Shown here: positions 37,683 to 52,848 of the stretch, one piece after another
How positions within the stretch are numbered: position 1 is the stretch's first letter
How the letters are laid out: every line of letters starts with the position of its first letter
Assembly: GCF_000181795.1 (NCBI RefSeq)
Contig: NW_003526946.1
Coordinates: 171,557 to 235,556 of the forward strand
Source of the DNA: Trichinella spiralis
Lineage: Eukaryota
Direction: 5' to 3'
DNA: 64,000 nucleotides
Program-made: the position numbers and the translations under genes
Notes under the pieces: model-generated
The model's input: only the letters and a program-made list of their open reading frames with translations
Database searches by the model: none
Told to the model about the DNA's origin: nothing

Positions 37683-40101
37683 TGGAAAAAATAAATCTAA
37701 AAATAAGTAAAATCATAAAAACTTTATTTCATCAATATTCATTCATTCGCCATGCTTCGCCAGTAAAAGTGAAAAAAATTGTAAAACAAAATTTTTAAAA
37801 GGCAGACTTAGTTATAATAAAACGAATCTGCCATATGAACAAAATCGAACGCGGTAAAACATTTCGACAGAATAACAGAATAGAAATAAATTAAATCTTT
37901 TCACCATCCGAACAACAAAGCGATGCGTCTGATAAATTTCTTGTCAGAGAAAATTAAAAGCTAATTTCAACATAAAACATTCGAACACTTCTCTACTTAA
38001 ATAAATTACATTCATTATTCCATACATTACATCTATGTTAAGTTAACTGATGATAAGTAAGCGGCATTAAGAACACACAATCAATCTTTTTTCCATTTTA
38101 CCAGCAAAGCTTTAAATGAAAGATTAACTTGCTTTAACAGAGAAGAAAAGCATCGAAAAAGTCCAATTAACAATTGCAATATTTCAACAATAATCTATAT
38201 TCACTAGAAAACTTGGATAGCAACGAAACTCAGCGATGCTGTATTCTGCGTAAACAATCAGGTCATTGAGTATCCAAACGCGGGACAAAAAAACTATCGC
38301 TCAGACTTGAAAATCACTTTTGTAAAACCCTACAAATTACGTAACGAAAGAAAATTTTAACTGCTGCCTTGAAATCGTTGAACATGGCAAACGCATATTT
38401 TGATAAGCGTCATCGACAGCTGTCGTGAACAATGTTCTCTCGAACATGACACATTAATAAAATGTAACGCAAACAACATCCCACATGTTCGAGCACTCAA
38501 CCAAATAATGAATCAGCAACAAATTTAATATAACAAACTACAAAATCCAAAAATATGTAGAAAGTGTCCAGAAAAATAAATACAAATTTAGTCATGTAAT
38601 CTGAAATTAGTCGGCAATTCGAGACCATTTACTGAAAAACACTTGCAATAATAAATATTTATCAACGCCATCTATCATCAATGAAAAGCTAAAAAACTCA
38701 ATACCATTCGACCGCTGCTTCAATATGCTGATCGACTTAGAAGCAAATCATTTAAAGATTTTTTAATAGAATTAAAGAAAAAACAAATACAATCTGACAA
38801 ACAAACACCGCCTTTCAAATTGCCTTTAAAACTGAAACTATTGATCCACTTTTGAAATTATCGGTGAAGCAAAAGCTATGCTTAAATAATAAAAAAGAAA
38901 GCTTATGCAATAAAGTGAAATTTCGAAAAAAAAATATACGAAAACACCATTCAAGTATTAAATTTGCTTAAAAGATCGACAACTGCTGCGCACTGCAAGA
39001 TACAATGCAGTGCGCAGTGCAGCGTACCGTTTCCTCATGAACAATAACAATTTCAAAAGCAGCCATTCAAATCATTTTGAACAAATATTGATGCTGATCT
39101 GATCTACCTGCAAACAAAGAAGACACAAAGAGAATTTTCGTTACAAAATAGCACAGATCGTCACAACAGCAAATCAAAGCAAAGTATTACGAATTGACTG
39201 TACGTCAGGCTATACTGAGAATTATGCAAATGAAATGCAACTGTAAACTGAAAACCCAAATAGTGAAAACAAATTTTATAAAAAAAAAACTGACAACAGC
39301 AGCTTATGACATAAGCATCACAATGACTCATATTATTATTACAAGTGTATCTGAATTTTGTATTACCTGTTTTTAATTGAATCGGCAGTATTGCAAATCA
39401 AGATCAGAAAAAAATACAGCAAAGAAACAGTCGCGTAATTACACTAGCTCAATTTACTACAAGCTCGACGCAACGTCCTCACCTTTCACAACAGTACGCA
39501 ACTGTCACATTGGTAGTGAAAGTCAAGTACTATATATTCAGAATTTTCCATTAATACAGTAATAAGTAAGTTTGCTTGCGTGTGGAGAAAATTGTTATAA
39601 TAGAAATTGTTATTTTTCATGTTACTGCATATTATATTAGAAAATTTATTAGCCAACCAATGCAAATACAGCATATTTGCTCAGCAATAACAGGAATTAA
39701 AAAAAAAATTTTTATTTATCTGATCGAATTGAGCATTGCATGCACTTAGGAACTTGATGTTTACTATTATTATTCAGCGACACTGCAGCGACATTTTGAA
39801 TAAGCAGCTTTTTTAAAAGCAACGCGACTGATTATTCTACTGCATAAAATGACTGCAATATTAATGAACATTCATTGTTCAACATTCCTTTTAACAAAAC
39901 ATAAGCACCAAAATAATAAATGCAGTTGAAATATTTACATATTTATTTCATATAGACATGAGAATTTTAAAATGTAAAATTCTTGACATCATTCAACAGA
40001 AAAACATACATGAACAATAATAATTCTTTTTTTCTCTAAATAACATGAAGTCACCGTTTGAATAAACTATAAAAATAATAAGGATGAATTCTCACAACGG
40101 G

Positions 40102-43100
40102 TCAGTTTTGCGTCGTTTCTTCCACAAAATCACAAACCGAATCAGTTAGCAATTTTCTTAAACAGTTACATTAGAATAAAAATGATAATAATAAAAAAAA
40201 TCATCACGCTTACTTATCAACGTAAAAAAATATATATCCAGTCTTTTTCCGTTGTTGTTGAACTTCTTTCAGTGAAGTCAATTTCGCTTTGGAATCATCA
40301 AAGCAAAACCATTCGTTCTCTTTCCAATCATAAACATCAGTAATGTAATGTCCTAGCATCGCATAAAAAGAGACAAAAATAACTACTACTGATATTAACA
40401 CAGCAACTGCTTTATTTCACATTACAATTCTTACCAGTTTGACAGGACAATCCTATATGATTTACTACAGCACAAAGTTTGTATGAACGAGGCAAAAATC
40501 CTTCCTTAAATTTGAAATTATGAAAAATATTTAATATATTCTAGTAGGAATAATAAATATATTTCAGTATATAAATTTCACTTGTTCATTTCTGAGAAGT
40601 TCTTCATCTCCCGGGCTGAGATTGTTAGTCAAACCGTTCAAAGATGCACCGTCAAGTTCGACACAATTCTCCTTTGGTTGATCTCGCTGCTGCAATGACC
40701 AAAAAAATTTCCATGTAAAAAAACATAACAAGACGCAAATACAACAACAACAACAATAATAATAATAATGGTAAATAAATAAGTAAATAAACTTACACTT
40801 TCAATAATGCTCAGACGAATTGCCTCGGTCAAATCTTCTTCAAAACGCTCATCAGTTCCAACAATCAACGATTCAGATAGTTCTGATTTTTCGGAACGAC
40901 GACGTTTGGAAGAGGAACCACTGCTGATGCTCGATTCTTCATCTTCTTGCCTGCATTCGACAACATCATCCTTGGGCGACAAGGCGAACATGTCGAACTC
41001 ATCTTCAACGGCCGCTTTTTCACTTGAAAATAAAAATTACTTTTTTTTTATTATTTAAAAATAGAATCTAATTAATTATTGAACATTAAAAAAGTAGAAA
41101 AAAAATTATAAATAACACACCAACCTGTTGAAATCTTCGCCTTGAAAAAGAACTTTGCTGTTGCGCAACATTATTCGCGACTTCTTGCTTTTCTCTTGAT
41201 CATCCGTCACATGGTACGGATAAGCTTTTCTACAAAACAAATGCATTCATTCACACAAACATACACACACATTTATTTATAAAATTTCCAAAAATTAAGA
41301 ATAATAAAATAAGATAACATTATAATTATAATAATAAACTGCAAAAGTTACTTTGCACTGAGTGTCAAATCTGCAGAATCGACTGCGTCGGAGACACAAA
41401 AATCACGCAATGTGATAAACAGTGGAATCGAAATGACATTTTCAGCTTTTCGTATTTCACTTGATAACCCGTTAAAGTAATGTCGTTTCACATTGATCAC
41501 AAGAATTCTAATAAAATTTTTAACAAGATTAAATCACAAAAATAAAAAGAAAAAAAATTTTTTTTTAAGAAATACAACTTACCTAGGCAGTCGAGTGATT
41601 CTACTTTGTGCAAATGCTTCATCACAGTTGCATTTCTCGCAATGGCGATTCACTGTTCCATCGGCAAAAAATGCTTCGACCAATTTTTGCAAAGAAAACG
41701 ACTGTCTAAAATATGAATTTGGAGCAAAATTCAATGTACAATAAATAGCTTTTTACAATTTGCTGTGCAGGTCTAAGGGTAAATCAACAAATTCCTCTTC
41801 ACTGCATGTCGTATGTCCACATCTAAATATTACAAAATGTACATTGGATAAATTTACAACCGATGACATGACTATCTGATTTGACGAAGAAAAGCTTACT
41901 TTGTGCATTTACGATAGGAGCAAATTGCAAAGGAAAAATTACGAAATACTGGATTGGAAATTTGATTTTCAGGATAGGATTTGTTCAAAGCCCGCACTTC
42001 ATCGTTCAGCTGATTGATCAGTTGCAAGATGAACTCTTGCGCATCCTGAAATGCGCATTTGAAAACTCCAGCTTACATTCAGTCATGAAAATAAATTTAA
42101 ATAATACATGTTCTGAGTCACCATAAAATTGGCGAGCTGTCGAAGCGATCTTATTTTTCACTGATAACAAAAGATCCTTCTTATTAACAGAAAGGTCACC
42201 GTTCGAACCACGCAACAAATTCGACAAATGGCTAAAATTCCATTATAGAAAAAAAAATAAATACACATGTAAAATTAAATGAAACTTAATAAGAAATTAT
42301 TTAAAATGACACACTAACATTAAATCAATGTTAAAATAATGCTTTTTAACATGTAATATCAAAAAGAATATATACTTAGTATGAGTCGCCTTTCACACTT
42401 TTTATTTGAAATCATTAAATAAAACACATTTCAGTTTATAATGCACATTCACGAACCAATTTCATGTTAAGTTTAAAAATTCTCAAATTTCTGAATAAAC
42501 TACGAATTAAGAAAATATAAAAATCATCAACATTACTTCGTATTAAATAATGTTAGCTACAGTATGATATGCATTATTTAACCGTTCGTCATTTAATATA
42601 AAATTGTGCATATATTCATGCATTTTACTAACTAAAATCATTTCAAGTGAATCAAATAGTAATAAATTTTACAAAAAACGAAGCAAACTAAATACTTCTT
42701 TAATTACTAAATACAATTAACATAAAAAATGAATTCAGTTTTCTCTAAAAAAAATTTCCCCTTGAGCATCAAATAAGCGCTTACTGTGGTGTCAAATTTA
42801 GCATCAGCATGAAGCCGCTTTCGCGAAAAACAATGTATTTAAATTAGAATTTTGTAGTGACATCAATTAAAAATTATTAATTTAATTTTACAGATATGTA
42901 CCATTTATAACTCAATTCTTTGATCCCATTGAGATTCTATAAAGCTAATTTTTTTTCTCACTAAATTCTAACAATTTGATTTATAAACAGCCAATAATCA
43001 GAATGCAAACCTCAGTAACGAATCAGGCTGCAAAAGAAGTCTACTCTTTTCGTAAGCACGCCATAACTCTTGAGCAAATGGTTTCTGATGCAACAATGCC

Positions 43101-44188
43101 TGAAGAATGGCATTCATGTAACAGGTGTTGCCCAGATTGGAAAATCTGTGTACATCAAAAGTAAATTCACAAAAGTATAAAAGGTATAAAAATAATTCTA
43201 GAGAGTACCCATATGGTGACTGTTCTTCGTTAGCCAAGCGTCTAGATATCCGACGAGTAATGTAGTAAGGTCTTTTCTCGCTTTTCGATACCGAAGGACA
43301 TCGTGGTCGTTTTAAATGGGATGATGGTGTTTCGGCAATTCTGAAATCACCACACAAAACTATCAAGCTGCTGCAAAACATTTATCGACAGTTCAGATTA
43401 CAAAATTGGCATGTTCTCTTTTTCAGTAGCATCCTGCGTCATTGTGGAGATCACGTCAACTAATGATGCATTAAACCTAAACAGTAAACAAAAGAAAATT
43501 TTCTCCAATAATTTCCCATCAAATCAATAACATCTTCAACGTACTCATTATTCAGCACATCATCATCATCTTTATGATTTACTTCGGAATTCGGCAACTG
43601 TTCTTCCAATTTCTATATAAAATTTTTCAAGTTTTTAAAATAAGAAATAAAAATAAACAACATTTACACTTTGATTCGAATTTTCAACAGCTTCTATCTG
43701 TAGTAAAGGTGCGTGAGAATCTTAAAAGTTAATAAAAAAATACTTTAAAATGTATCTTTTGATATGATCATTTTACTGTTGCTGTCTTTCATAGCAGCGA
43801 TGACAAAATTGTGCAATTTTAATAACTGGTCATATGGTAGTTGGATGAAAGCACAAATTTCGTTAACAAATCGCAAACGATAATAAGCAGTATTCTCCAA
43901 AACTTCATCTGGAACATCTTGAACTGAACAAAGCTGAAAAATAATTCACAAATTAAAAATTAAAAAAATAATTAAGTTTTAAACGACGTATCATGAAAAA
44001 AGCACGAAATTCGTAATTTAAAAGTGTACCGGATATTCTCTAAATGCATGGCTGCTTTCTATTTTCAGTCGCAAATAATATTGAGTTGAACTGGATTTCG
44101 TAAAAAATGTCCAATCACCAGAAGTCCATTGAGTAGCAAAAAAACAGCCCGTCATGCGCACCAATCCTTTAAATACTGTTTCAGCCAT
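40102..44188 (-). CDS. USP37: Ubiquitin carboxyl-terminal hydrolase, USP26/29/37-like, multi-exon
   Basis: Cys box FSNLGNTCYMNAILQAL; DAQEF; LPRILVINVKRH; UIM-like EEDLTEAIRLSIIE inserted in the catalytic domain; His box GHYITDVYDWKENEWFCFDDS...GYIFFY. The N-terminal extension starts MAETVFKG. Confidence 0.85.
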
Positions 44189-47100
44189 CTAGTTCTTTCA
44201 CAGGCGAATTCCAATTCTAAACATCAGAATGATTGGTCGTAAACAGAAATTTCATTAAATAAAAATCTATTTTACACTAAAAAGGTTTTATAATAATTAT
44301 ATAATATAACTTATTCAAATTAAAAATTTCATGCATTATCAGTTGTAATAAATAAAATAAATAATACGTACTTGGAGGAAAATATAAATACTAAAATTAT
44401 TTCACAAAAAGTTATTGCTGCATTGATTTCTTTTCTAATACCATGGACGGATCTTTAGTTATTTTTAAAAACCTGCAATTTATTTAAATACATCGCAACT
44501 ACCAGTTTTGAAGAAAGTACAGTACTAAAGATTTAATATTAAAACGCCGCTTCATTCTACCACGCCTGAGTTTGTTTACTTCTCCTACTTCAAAATACAT
44601 TTAAAACAATCTAATTATTTCAATGTTATAACTCATGAAAATTTAAATCTAGTTAATTTAACAATTAAATGAAAAATATTTTAAGCGAAACGTGAAAAAT
44701 AAAATTTGTTACAAGCTACAGTAGATTAAATGCATTCTTACAAAGCAGTAGAATATTTATTACTTAAAACAATAATTTTACTATTATAAAACATCAGAAT
44801 AATACTATATTCAACGGAAAATGTCATAAAACAATAAAATTTTTTGTAAAAAGAAAAATAAAAGCAAATAAAGAGTTACAGTATGAAAATAAAAAATAAA
44901 GTTACAGTAATATAAAGCCATTTTTTTAAATAAATTATTTGATGCCACTTAAAAAATTTTTTAATGATATTATAAAATTTATATTAAATTTATAGATTGT
45001 TGTGTTTTTTTTTGTTTTACTAAAAAGTTGTCCCAAAAGTTTTTCATTTCCACAGAAATTGTAGCATTATTTTAATTATAGTTCATTGTATAAAACTTTT
45101 TTGCTATATTTTATGCTTTATTTATGTAATAAACAGAAATGTCACACGTGATTTCTCAAATTTAATTTAATTTAATTTAATTTTTGATATTTGAATTTAT
45201 TTTTATAACCTTGCTTTTCAAAAATACAGTTAGTTCAATTGAAAAATTTTATCACTCTCTTGCAATTCAGTACTCTAGTACATTTCGCAGACATTACGCA
45301 TTTGTTTATTTATTATTAATTTTAAATTGATAAATTAATCTGTCTTAAGTGAATATATGTAGACCTAGTTTTTGTTGGGTTGTATTAATTAGTAAATTAG
45401 TTAATCAGTAGTATGCTTCCACTGTGCGAATATTGTAGTTTACCAAATTGATTTTTTTTATTTTTTAAATTTACATTACATATTATCAGTTCTATGAGGT
45501 AATGAGTCTTGAAACTTTCGACTATTCATTTGCGCTTTTTCTGCTTTGGTTGAAAATTGGCACAACTTGAAAGATTTTTATGCATATGTGATTGATTGAT
45601 TGTTGGAATAGCTGTTTGCTCAGTTTTTATTCATTTAAAAGTATAATTTTTTATTTTATTTTCAGTAATTACACTATTACAATTATTATTAAAAGTGAAA
45701 TGCAGGAAAGAAGTAAATTTTTTAACATTGGTGATAAGTGGCAATTTATTTTGTCTCTTGCATGATAGGCCTGATGAAATGATTTCACTAGTTTGAGTTA
45801 ATATTTTATCAAAATCGAATCTAAATTGATTAATCGATTAGTGTTTTCCATTTATCAATTGTCATAAAAGTTCCAACTTGAGCATGAGCAAAATGTGGAA
45901 TATTTACCATATAAATCTTAATTATAAGGTAAACATGATATGACGCACTTTTGGCGCAGATTCTTACTTGCATGCCCTGGGGATATGAGAAATTTTGAAA
46001 TTTATGCTTGACTGCAATTTGATGACAATTTATAGTGGAAAATGCTTTTCAAAATTCGACGTCAAAATTAAAAATTAATTTTGAATGGTTTGTTTGCTTT
46101 CATTTTTAATCTATTAATAATTATATTATGGCTGTTTTTATAAATGGAATCTAGTTTTGTCGAAGCTTGTTTTCTATTTTTAGAAAAAGAGCCGCTTTGT
46201 AATAAAGATTGTTGAAATATGATTTTTAATAAAACAAATAAAACAAGTTAGCTTCCATTTTACTCCAATTAATTAGTTTGAATTTCAATTTTGAAGCGAG
46301 GCGTAAAAAGCAATCAAAAGTAACGTATGATTTAAAATACTGTTAACATTTACTTTTAGCATTGACATTAACTAAATGGCAAAGCATCTGTATATCTAAA
46401 CTTATCATATGATAAAGCATGATTGGGAATTTTTTCTGCAACATTATGTTTACTTTTGTCATGCAAGCTTAAAAGCTTATCAATTTATGTTTTCTTATCT
46501 GAAATAGCAAACAATATTGTGTATTTTATTTTTGAAAATGTTCGTTCATGTTATGTGTGAATATAAAATTAATTGTCAGTGATGTTTTAATTCTATTTAT
46601 TTGTCAGTTATATTACTCAGCTTCACATTTGATGAATTTCAGTTGTGCATGATACTTTTACTTTATAGGTAATTTTGAATTATTTCAGCTTTTTCCTCGG
46701 TGCATCTTTGTTGCCATTAACGGTTGATTTCATTTTCATTCTAAATATTTAATTTCTACTCATTACTTTTTTTGTTGCACAATAATTGGCATGGCTTCAA
46801 ATTTTTTGAAAATATTTTTATTATTTAACTGGCTTATTACTTGTCATTTTTAATTTTTGTAAAAGAAGATCTGAAATTAGAATGCAAGTATTTGCATTGA
46901 ATTATTAGAAAAAGTTTTCTTTCTTTTGTTTGTATTATAATTATTAATAGCTTTGTGGTATTATAATTATTGTTGGTATTATAATTATTATTATGCTTTG
47001 TTGGTATTATTTATTAATATAAAATATTATATTTTTTCAAAAGATTGCTCATAAAAGAAATGTTTCCAAGTATGTATCCCATCAAAATATAGCTCATTAT

Positions 47101-47667
47101 TATTGAGATTAATGCATACTGGTTATGATTGATAACGTTCATCAATTTGTCTCATCAATCTTTATTTTTTGATATGTTCGAATTTATTCACTTCCAACTT
47201 TCATTCCCCATTTTATTGTATTTTTTTAAGTTATTGTTTTAATTTTGCTCGAAGCTTGCTTGCTTTGTTGAAGTTACATTCAAAATTCATAGCTGCAGTA
47301 TTTGAAGTAGCTAAATTTTGTTTTTCATCAAAAATGCAGTTTCATATTACGCTTATGTTTATTGTTCACTTTGTTGATTACGCTAATTAAACGGATGATG
47401 CTTCAGTTTTAGAATGTTTTTTTTGATATTGGAATTGTTTTTAAAAAAATAATATTTTATTTTGTGTTATAGTGAATTTTTATTGTTTACAATATTTTAT
47501 TAGTTCAAAGAGTTCAAGTAAATTATTTGGAAGCGTGAAGCATTAGTAAAATTGTGAACTTTCTGTTCATTCAAATATGACTATGATTGTTGATATCTGC
47601 AGCAATTCTTTGTAGTTTAATTTGTTATTTTGGAAAGGATGAAAAGTCGTATATTTTAATTTTAGAA

Positions 47668-50600
47668 ATGGCACCGTTGGTGAAAAAAGATTTCACCATT
47701 GTAGATTATGTTATATTTGTTATATCTTTATTGATCCCCGCTGCCATTGGTATTTATTATGCTTGCGTTGGCAGTAGTCGAAAAACTGCCCGAGAAGTGC
47801 TGATTGGATCGTCGTAAGTGCAGATTAAAAAAATTAGGGGAATTTATTCAGAAATGAAATTTATGCAGAAAATTGGGCATTGTTCCCGTCGCTTTGGCTT
47901 TGATAGCAACATACATGTCTGCCATTTCTATTCTCGGCTTTCCGGTTGAAATTTATCAATATGGAACAATGATTCTTTGGTATGAAGTTGCTTATTTGAT
48001 TGTTTTTCCTTCGGTCGCTTTCATCTTTCTTCCCGTCATGTATCCCTTGAAGCTGACAAGCGTCTATGAGGTTACTCCATGTCACGCAATATTCGATAGT
48101 AATTATTTTATTTTTTTTTTAATATTTTCAGTATTTGGAATTACGTTTCAACAGAATTGTCCGTCGAATGGCGTCGTTGATTTTTTGCTTTCAAGTGGTA
48201 AATCGAAATAAAAAAATTACGAAAGTTTCACAATATATATATATATTTAAATAATAGAATCGCAGTTGTTGTAGTTTTTATATCTGGCAGTTGTACTGTA
48301 CGCTCCTGCATTGGCGTTGAGTTCGGTAACAGAACTTGGCATAGCTACGTCAATGCTAATAACTGGCTTGATTGCGACATTTTACACAACTCTGGGTGGA
48401 GGCAACGCGGTAGTCTGGACAAGCGCTTTGCAGATGTTGTTGATTGTATCCGGCGTTCTGGCGGTAATCATTGCTGGTTCGACTGAATTGGGCGGCATTG
48501 GGCATCTTTGGCAGTTAGCTGATCAAGGAAAGAGGATACAATTTTTCGACATTCGGGCTGATCCTCGAATCCGTCACTCGTTCTGGAGTGTCATTATTGG
48601 AGGTTCATTTACAATATTGACCTTGTTTTCGGTAAATCAGATGGGTGTGCAGCGCTATTTCACCATGCCAACTTTGAAAAGTGCCCAACTGATGCTGCTC
48701 TTCAACATCCCATTGAATGGATTTTTCATTTTTCTGTTCACTTTTGTGGGTCTAATCCTCTACGCTACTTACCAGTGGTGTGATCCACGTTTGTACGGTT
48801 TGATCGATAAAGCTGATCAAACTTTGCCATTCTACGTCATGAACAAATTATTCCACTTGACTGGCTTACCGGGGCTTTTTGTCAGCGCGTTGTACGGTGC
48901 TGGACTGAGGTAAAATAATTTTACATTCAGTACAGTAATTTTGTAAGCGTTCTGTTCATTTTTTTTTCTGTTCAAGCACGTTAGCCAGTGGATGCACTGC
49001 TTTGGCGACTGTTTTGCTGCAAGATATTGTAAAGCCGATTTATTTTACCATTCGTCAACAACAACTGCCAAATAGTCGATTGTTATTTGTTTCTAAATTT
49101 CTTTGTAATAATATTTTTAATAATCTGTTGATAATTTGTTCTTTATTTTATGTTTTTTGTGCAGCTTGTTCAATTGGACTGGCAATTATTGGTCTAGCTT
49201 TTGCTGTTGGTTCTCTGAAATCAACTATCATGCAGGTTGGTAAATTTTTAAGTTATTCACCTAATTGAAACAAAGCTACATTTTGTTTTATTTCTTTTTA
49301 ATTTGATTACAATTTCGCAGATATCTCTGAGCATTTTTGGTATTGTCGGTGGTCCACTGCTTGGCGTGTTTATTGTCGGCATGTTTCTGCCTTTCTGCAA
49401 CTCAAAGGTTAGAAAATTACTTTAGTATGATATAAAGTAGTTCGATCTATTCAAATATCGAACATCGATTTTATAGGGAGCGATGGTTGGGTTAGTAAGC
49501 AGCTTGATCGTGACCTTGTGGATTGGTTTTGGGGCCATTTTTCATGGAGTTGTGCCTGTGCTTTTGCCCATGAATACTCTGGGTTGTACAAGCAACGTAA
49601 CAATAATGAATGTGACGTTGAATATGTCAAATTATAATGAAGTTTATTCCATTTATGGTGAAAGGTATGTTGGAAAGGTTCTTTTGTGAATTCAAAAGTT
49701 CAAAAGGGCTTCACAAAGCATATAAATAAGCTTTAGTACAGTGAAGTTCCGTTAAGCCGCGGTCATCGGGGACAAAAATTGGAACCGCAGCTTTACTTAC
49801 AATATTGATAAGCAGGTATGTTTTGGTCAACTGTATACATTGATCCACATATACAAAATCTACTTACTAATGCGTGAAAAATCGAAACGTCCGATACAAA
49901 TTTAGTTCTTTGGAAGCCAATTAGTTATTTTCATTTGCTTCTTAGCTTGGTAAAGGGCAGTTTTTGCTTTCCGCAACATCGTATGGGCTTGCTGCATCTT
50001 TACTTGTTCGTCTTGCTATTCATTATAGTCTGCTAAGACTTGCGCAGCCTTTATAGCCTCTATTATAATTTAACTTTTTAATGCATATATGCAGATTCCT
50101 GAGATTGATCAGCGTACTTTATAAGTGCCTTACAGCGTAACAGAAAAAATTACAACTGCATTAGTCAGCGACAAAGTGCTCCAGTTTACAAATCTTTTGC
50201 TTGCAGCTAGCTGTAGGGCAACTATTCCGTGTTGAGCCTGCTGAAAAGAATTTTCACAAACTTTTTATGAAAGTAAATTTTCCAAAAGGAAGCTACTGAA
50301 AAAATCAACCGATTTCATAGCGGCGACATTAAGTGTTTATAAAGTGGTAGTGGGGTCAATTTTAGCCCCTCCCCCTTGGTAATTCGAGGGTCAACAAACG
50401 GCGGCGGGTTAACGGAACTTTAATAATATAGCATTGTAAAATATGTTTATTATGCAGTTGTCTGTTTATTACTTTTAGCGGTTCTTTGATTGAATTTTAC
50501 AAGATATCTTACCAGTATTACAGTTTTATTGGCGTTTTGGTAACCATAATTGTTGGAAGCATTGTCAGCGCTTGCACAGGTAATGTTTTTGTGCTATTAA

Positions 50601-50760
50601 TGGAAGATAAATTTATTTAATCGTTATTTTAGGGTTTTTGAAAGGTGAAAAGGTCGACCAACGTTTGATTTCTCCGATAACTCGACGACTGTGTCCTTGT
50701 TTTATAAAGTACTACGGAAATATTGAAGATTCAGCGATGGAGATGAAATCAGACAAATAA
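47668..50760 (+). CDS. SLC5 sodium:solute symporter (SMVT/SMCT-like), 10 exons
   Basis: [10 protein letters not shown]...[91 protein letters not shown]. All introns are GT-AG and in phase. Confidence 0.95.
49739..50424. mobile_element. Non-autonomous Tc1/mariner-pogo-like element in an SLC5 intron
   Basis: Left end TA|CAGTGAAGTTCCGTTAAGCCGC; right end GCGGGTTAACGGAACTTTAATA, a degenerate inverted repeat. Confidence 0.65.
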
Positions 50761-52848
50761 TTCTGGACACTTAGGATTTTCTTATTGATAGAGGACATTT
50801 TCATTTAATTCATGATGTTCTATTCTACGTATTTTACGTTTCTTCAAAGACAATGCATTATAGAGTATTCCTTTAAAAATATACAGAGTTGTTATTTTTG
50901 AACTAAAAGTAATATAATGGTAATACATTTTTTCACAAATGATTATCAGTTCAAATGCTATCTCTTTAAAGATTATAACTGTTTATTTACTGATGTGTGC
51001 ATCATATCTACCTCCTATCTATTTATTAAAGTAAATGCATTATGAATCACCTTGTATGTTGTACATGTATGATGATATAAATGGAATGGTCTCCAACTGT
51101 CCGCACTTATTTTCCCCCATTTTCTCTCATTGTCTGTTTTACGTTGAACACTAGTTGGTAGATAAATTGTGCAATTTCGTTAGTTTTTTGACGTTGATCT
51201 GTTATTGGATGATGGGTGTTTTATCAAAATCTGACCTTTGACGTTATTAACTTCATTAATTTATGATATAGGCCAAATTGTAGTGGTATTTTACATTAGT
51301 TTTGTAATAATATGTTACTTTTTCTTTAAAAAATTTTTACTTCTTTTACTATCTATTTATTTATTTTTTACTTTTTTTAAAGTAAAACGTATTCGTCTTT
51401 AAAGGGAATGCTTTTAATAGACTTCACAGTTTCTCATTTTACTTATTAAAGAAGATCATTATTTCAGGTGAAATAAAAGTGAAAGGGTTTTCAAAATTTA
51501 CCCTGATCAGCAAGCAATATTTCTCGTAAAAAATTCAATTTGGAATGGTATGGATGGATGTGGGTAGTAGTTCTTTCTCTAAACGTTTTTAATCGATTTT
51601 AATATTCTTGACCAAACAAAATCCGTTGCTTCAAAATGCATATTTAACTGAAAATTATGCCAAGCAAAATTTTATCATGTAGCTGTAAAAATTGTGCAAA
51701 CCGCCTGAAGCAATTGAATGCTACTTAAAAGAGCCATTTCTTTAGAAAGCAACTTACGAATTACATATTAGCTAAGAATATAATGTGATTTAGAGTCGTC
51801 AAAGTTGTTGCTTTTCATTGGCAATTAGTTTGCAAAACAGCCAGTATTTCGCTTTCTCTGAAGTAGCCACTTTTTTCTACTGAATCTGCTGCGCCATCTC
51901 ATGGGAATATTCAAAAAAAAAACAACTACAGTCTCACTGTTCGCTGTATCTTTTTATTTGGAAACTGAAAATCTATTGTTATGTTAATCACTGAAATAGA
52001 TTTTTAAATTAAATAAAAAACACATGCAAATAAATTTTATGTTCTACGAAATGAAAGATATTATATGAATTCATTTTTATCAACAATATAAATTATATAT
52101 CAACATAAAAATCTGAATAAATAAAATTATTGCAGGCCTGTACTTTTTCTGTTCTTAATAAGCATTCTTAAGAAGAAACAACATTTGCAACTGAAATTGT
52201 ACATCCATTGCAAAATCTCTCCGATAAAAAATATAAAATCCATCACTGAAAACCTTTTCGCAAATATCCTTCTGCATAATTATACGACCAAACTTACAGT
52301 TGATATATGCTGTCCGCTTCTCAATTACCAACAGCACAGAAATAAAAAAGTTGAAAAGTTTCAGATATGAACTTTGTACAGCATTTTCGAAGTCCTAAAT
52401 ATGTGATCTATCAAAATTACTTTTTGAAATTTTTTCTCAACAATGATCCACCATATGCCTTCCACAACCAACATAACTAACCGATTTCCAACATTTTCAC
52501 CCTACCAAACACAACTTTCTGTATCTAATAAAACTATGATCAATGTAATTGCATTTATGAAAAGGAAAAACACTGAAGCTACAAAAGTAAACTTTCATGA
52601 GCATTTATTATAATTTATTATCCAGATATCTTCATTCTGATCAAAAGTTCATTCCAATCACTTGCAAAAACAACAATATTTTTGGGTTAAAATATTAAAA
52701 TTTAATTATTTATAAAAAACACAAAAGCTAGGCCTATTAAACAAGGCTTAGTCTAACCAATCATAGCCATAAGTGAAATAACATGCAAATTCAGCATGTG
52801 AAGATAAAAAAATGGGTGGAGTTAAGTTCAGTTAAGCTACATAAATTT

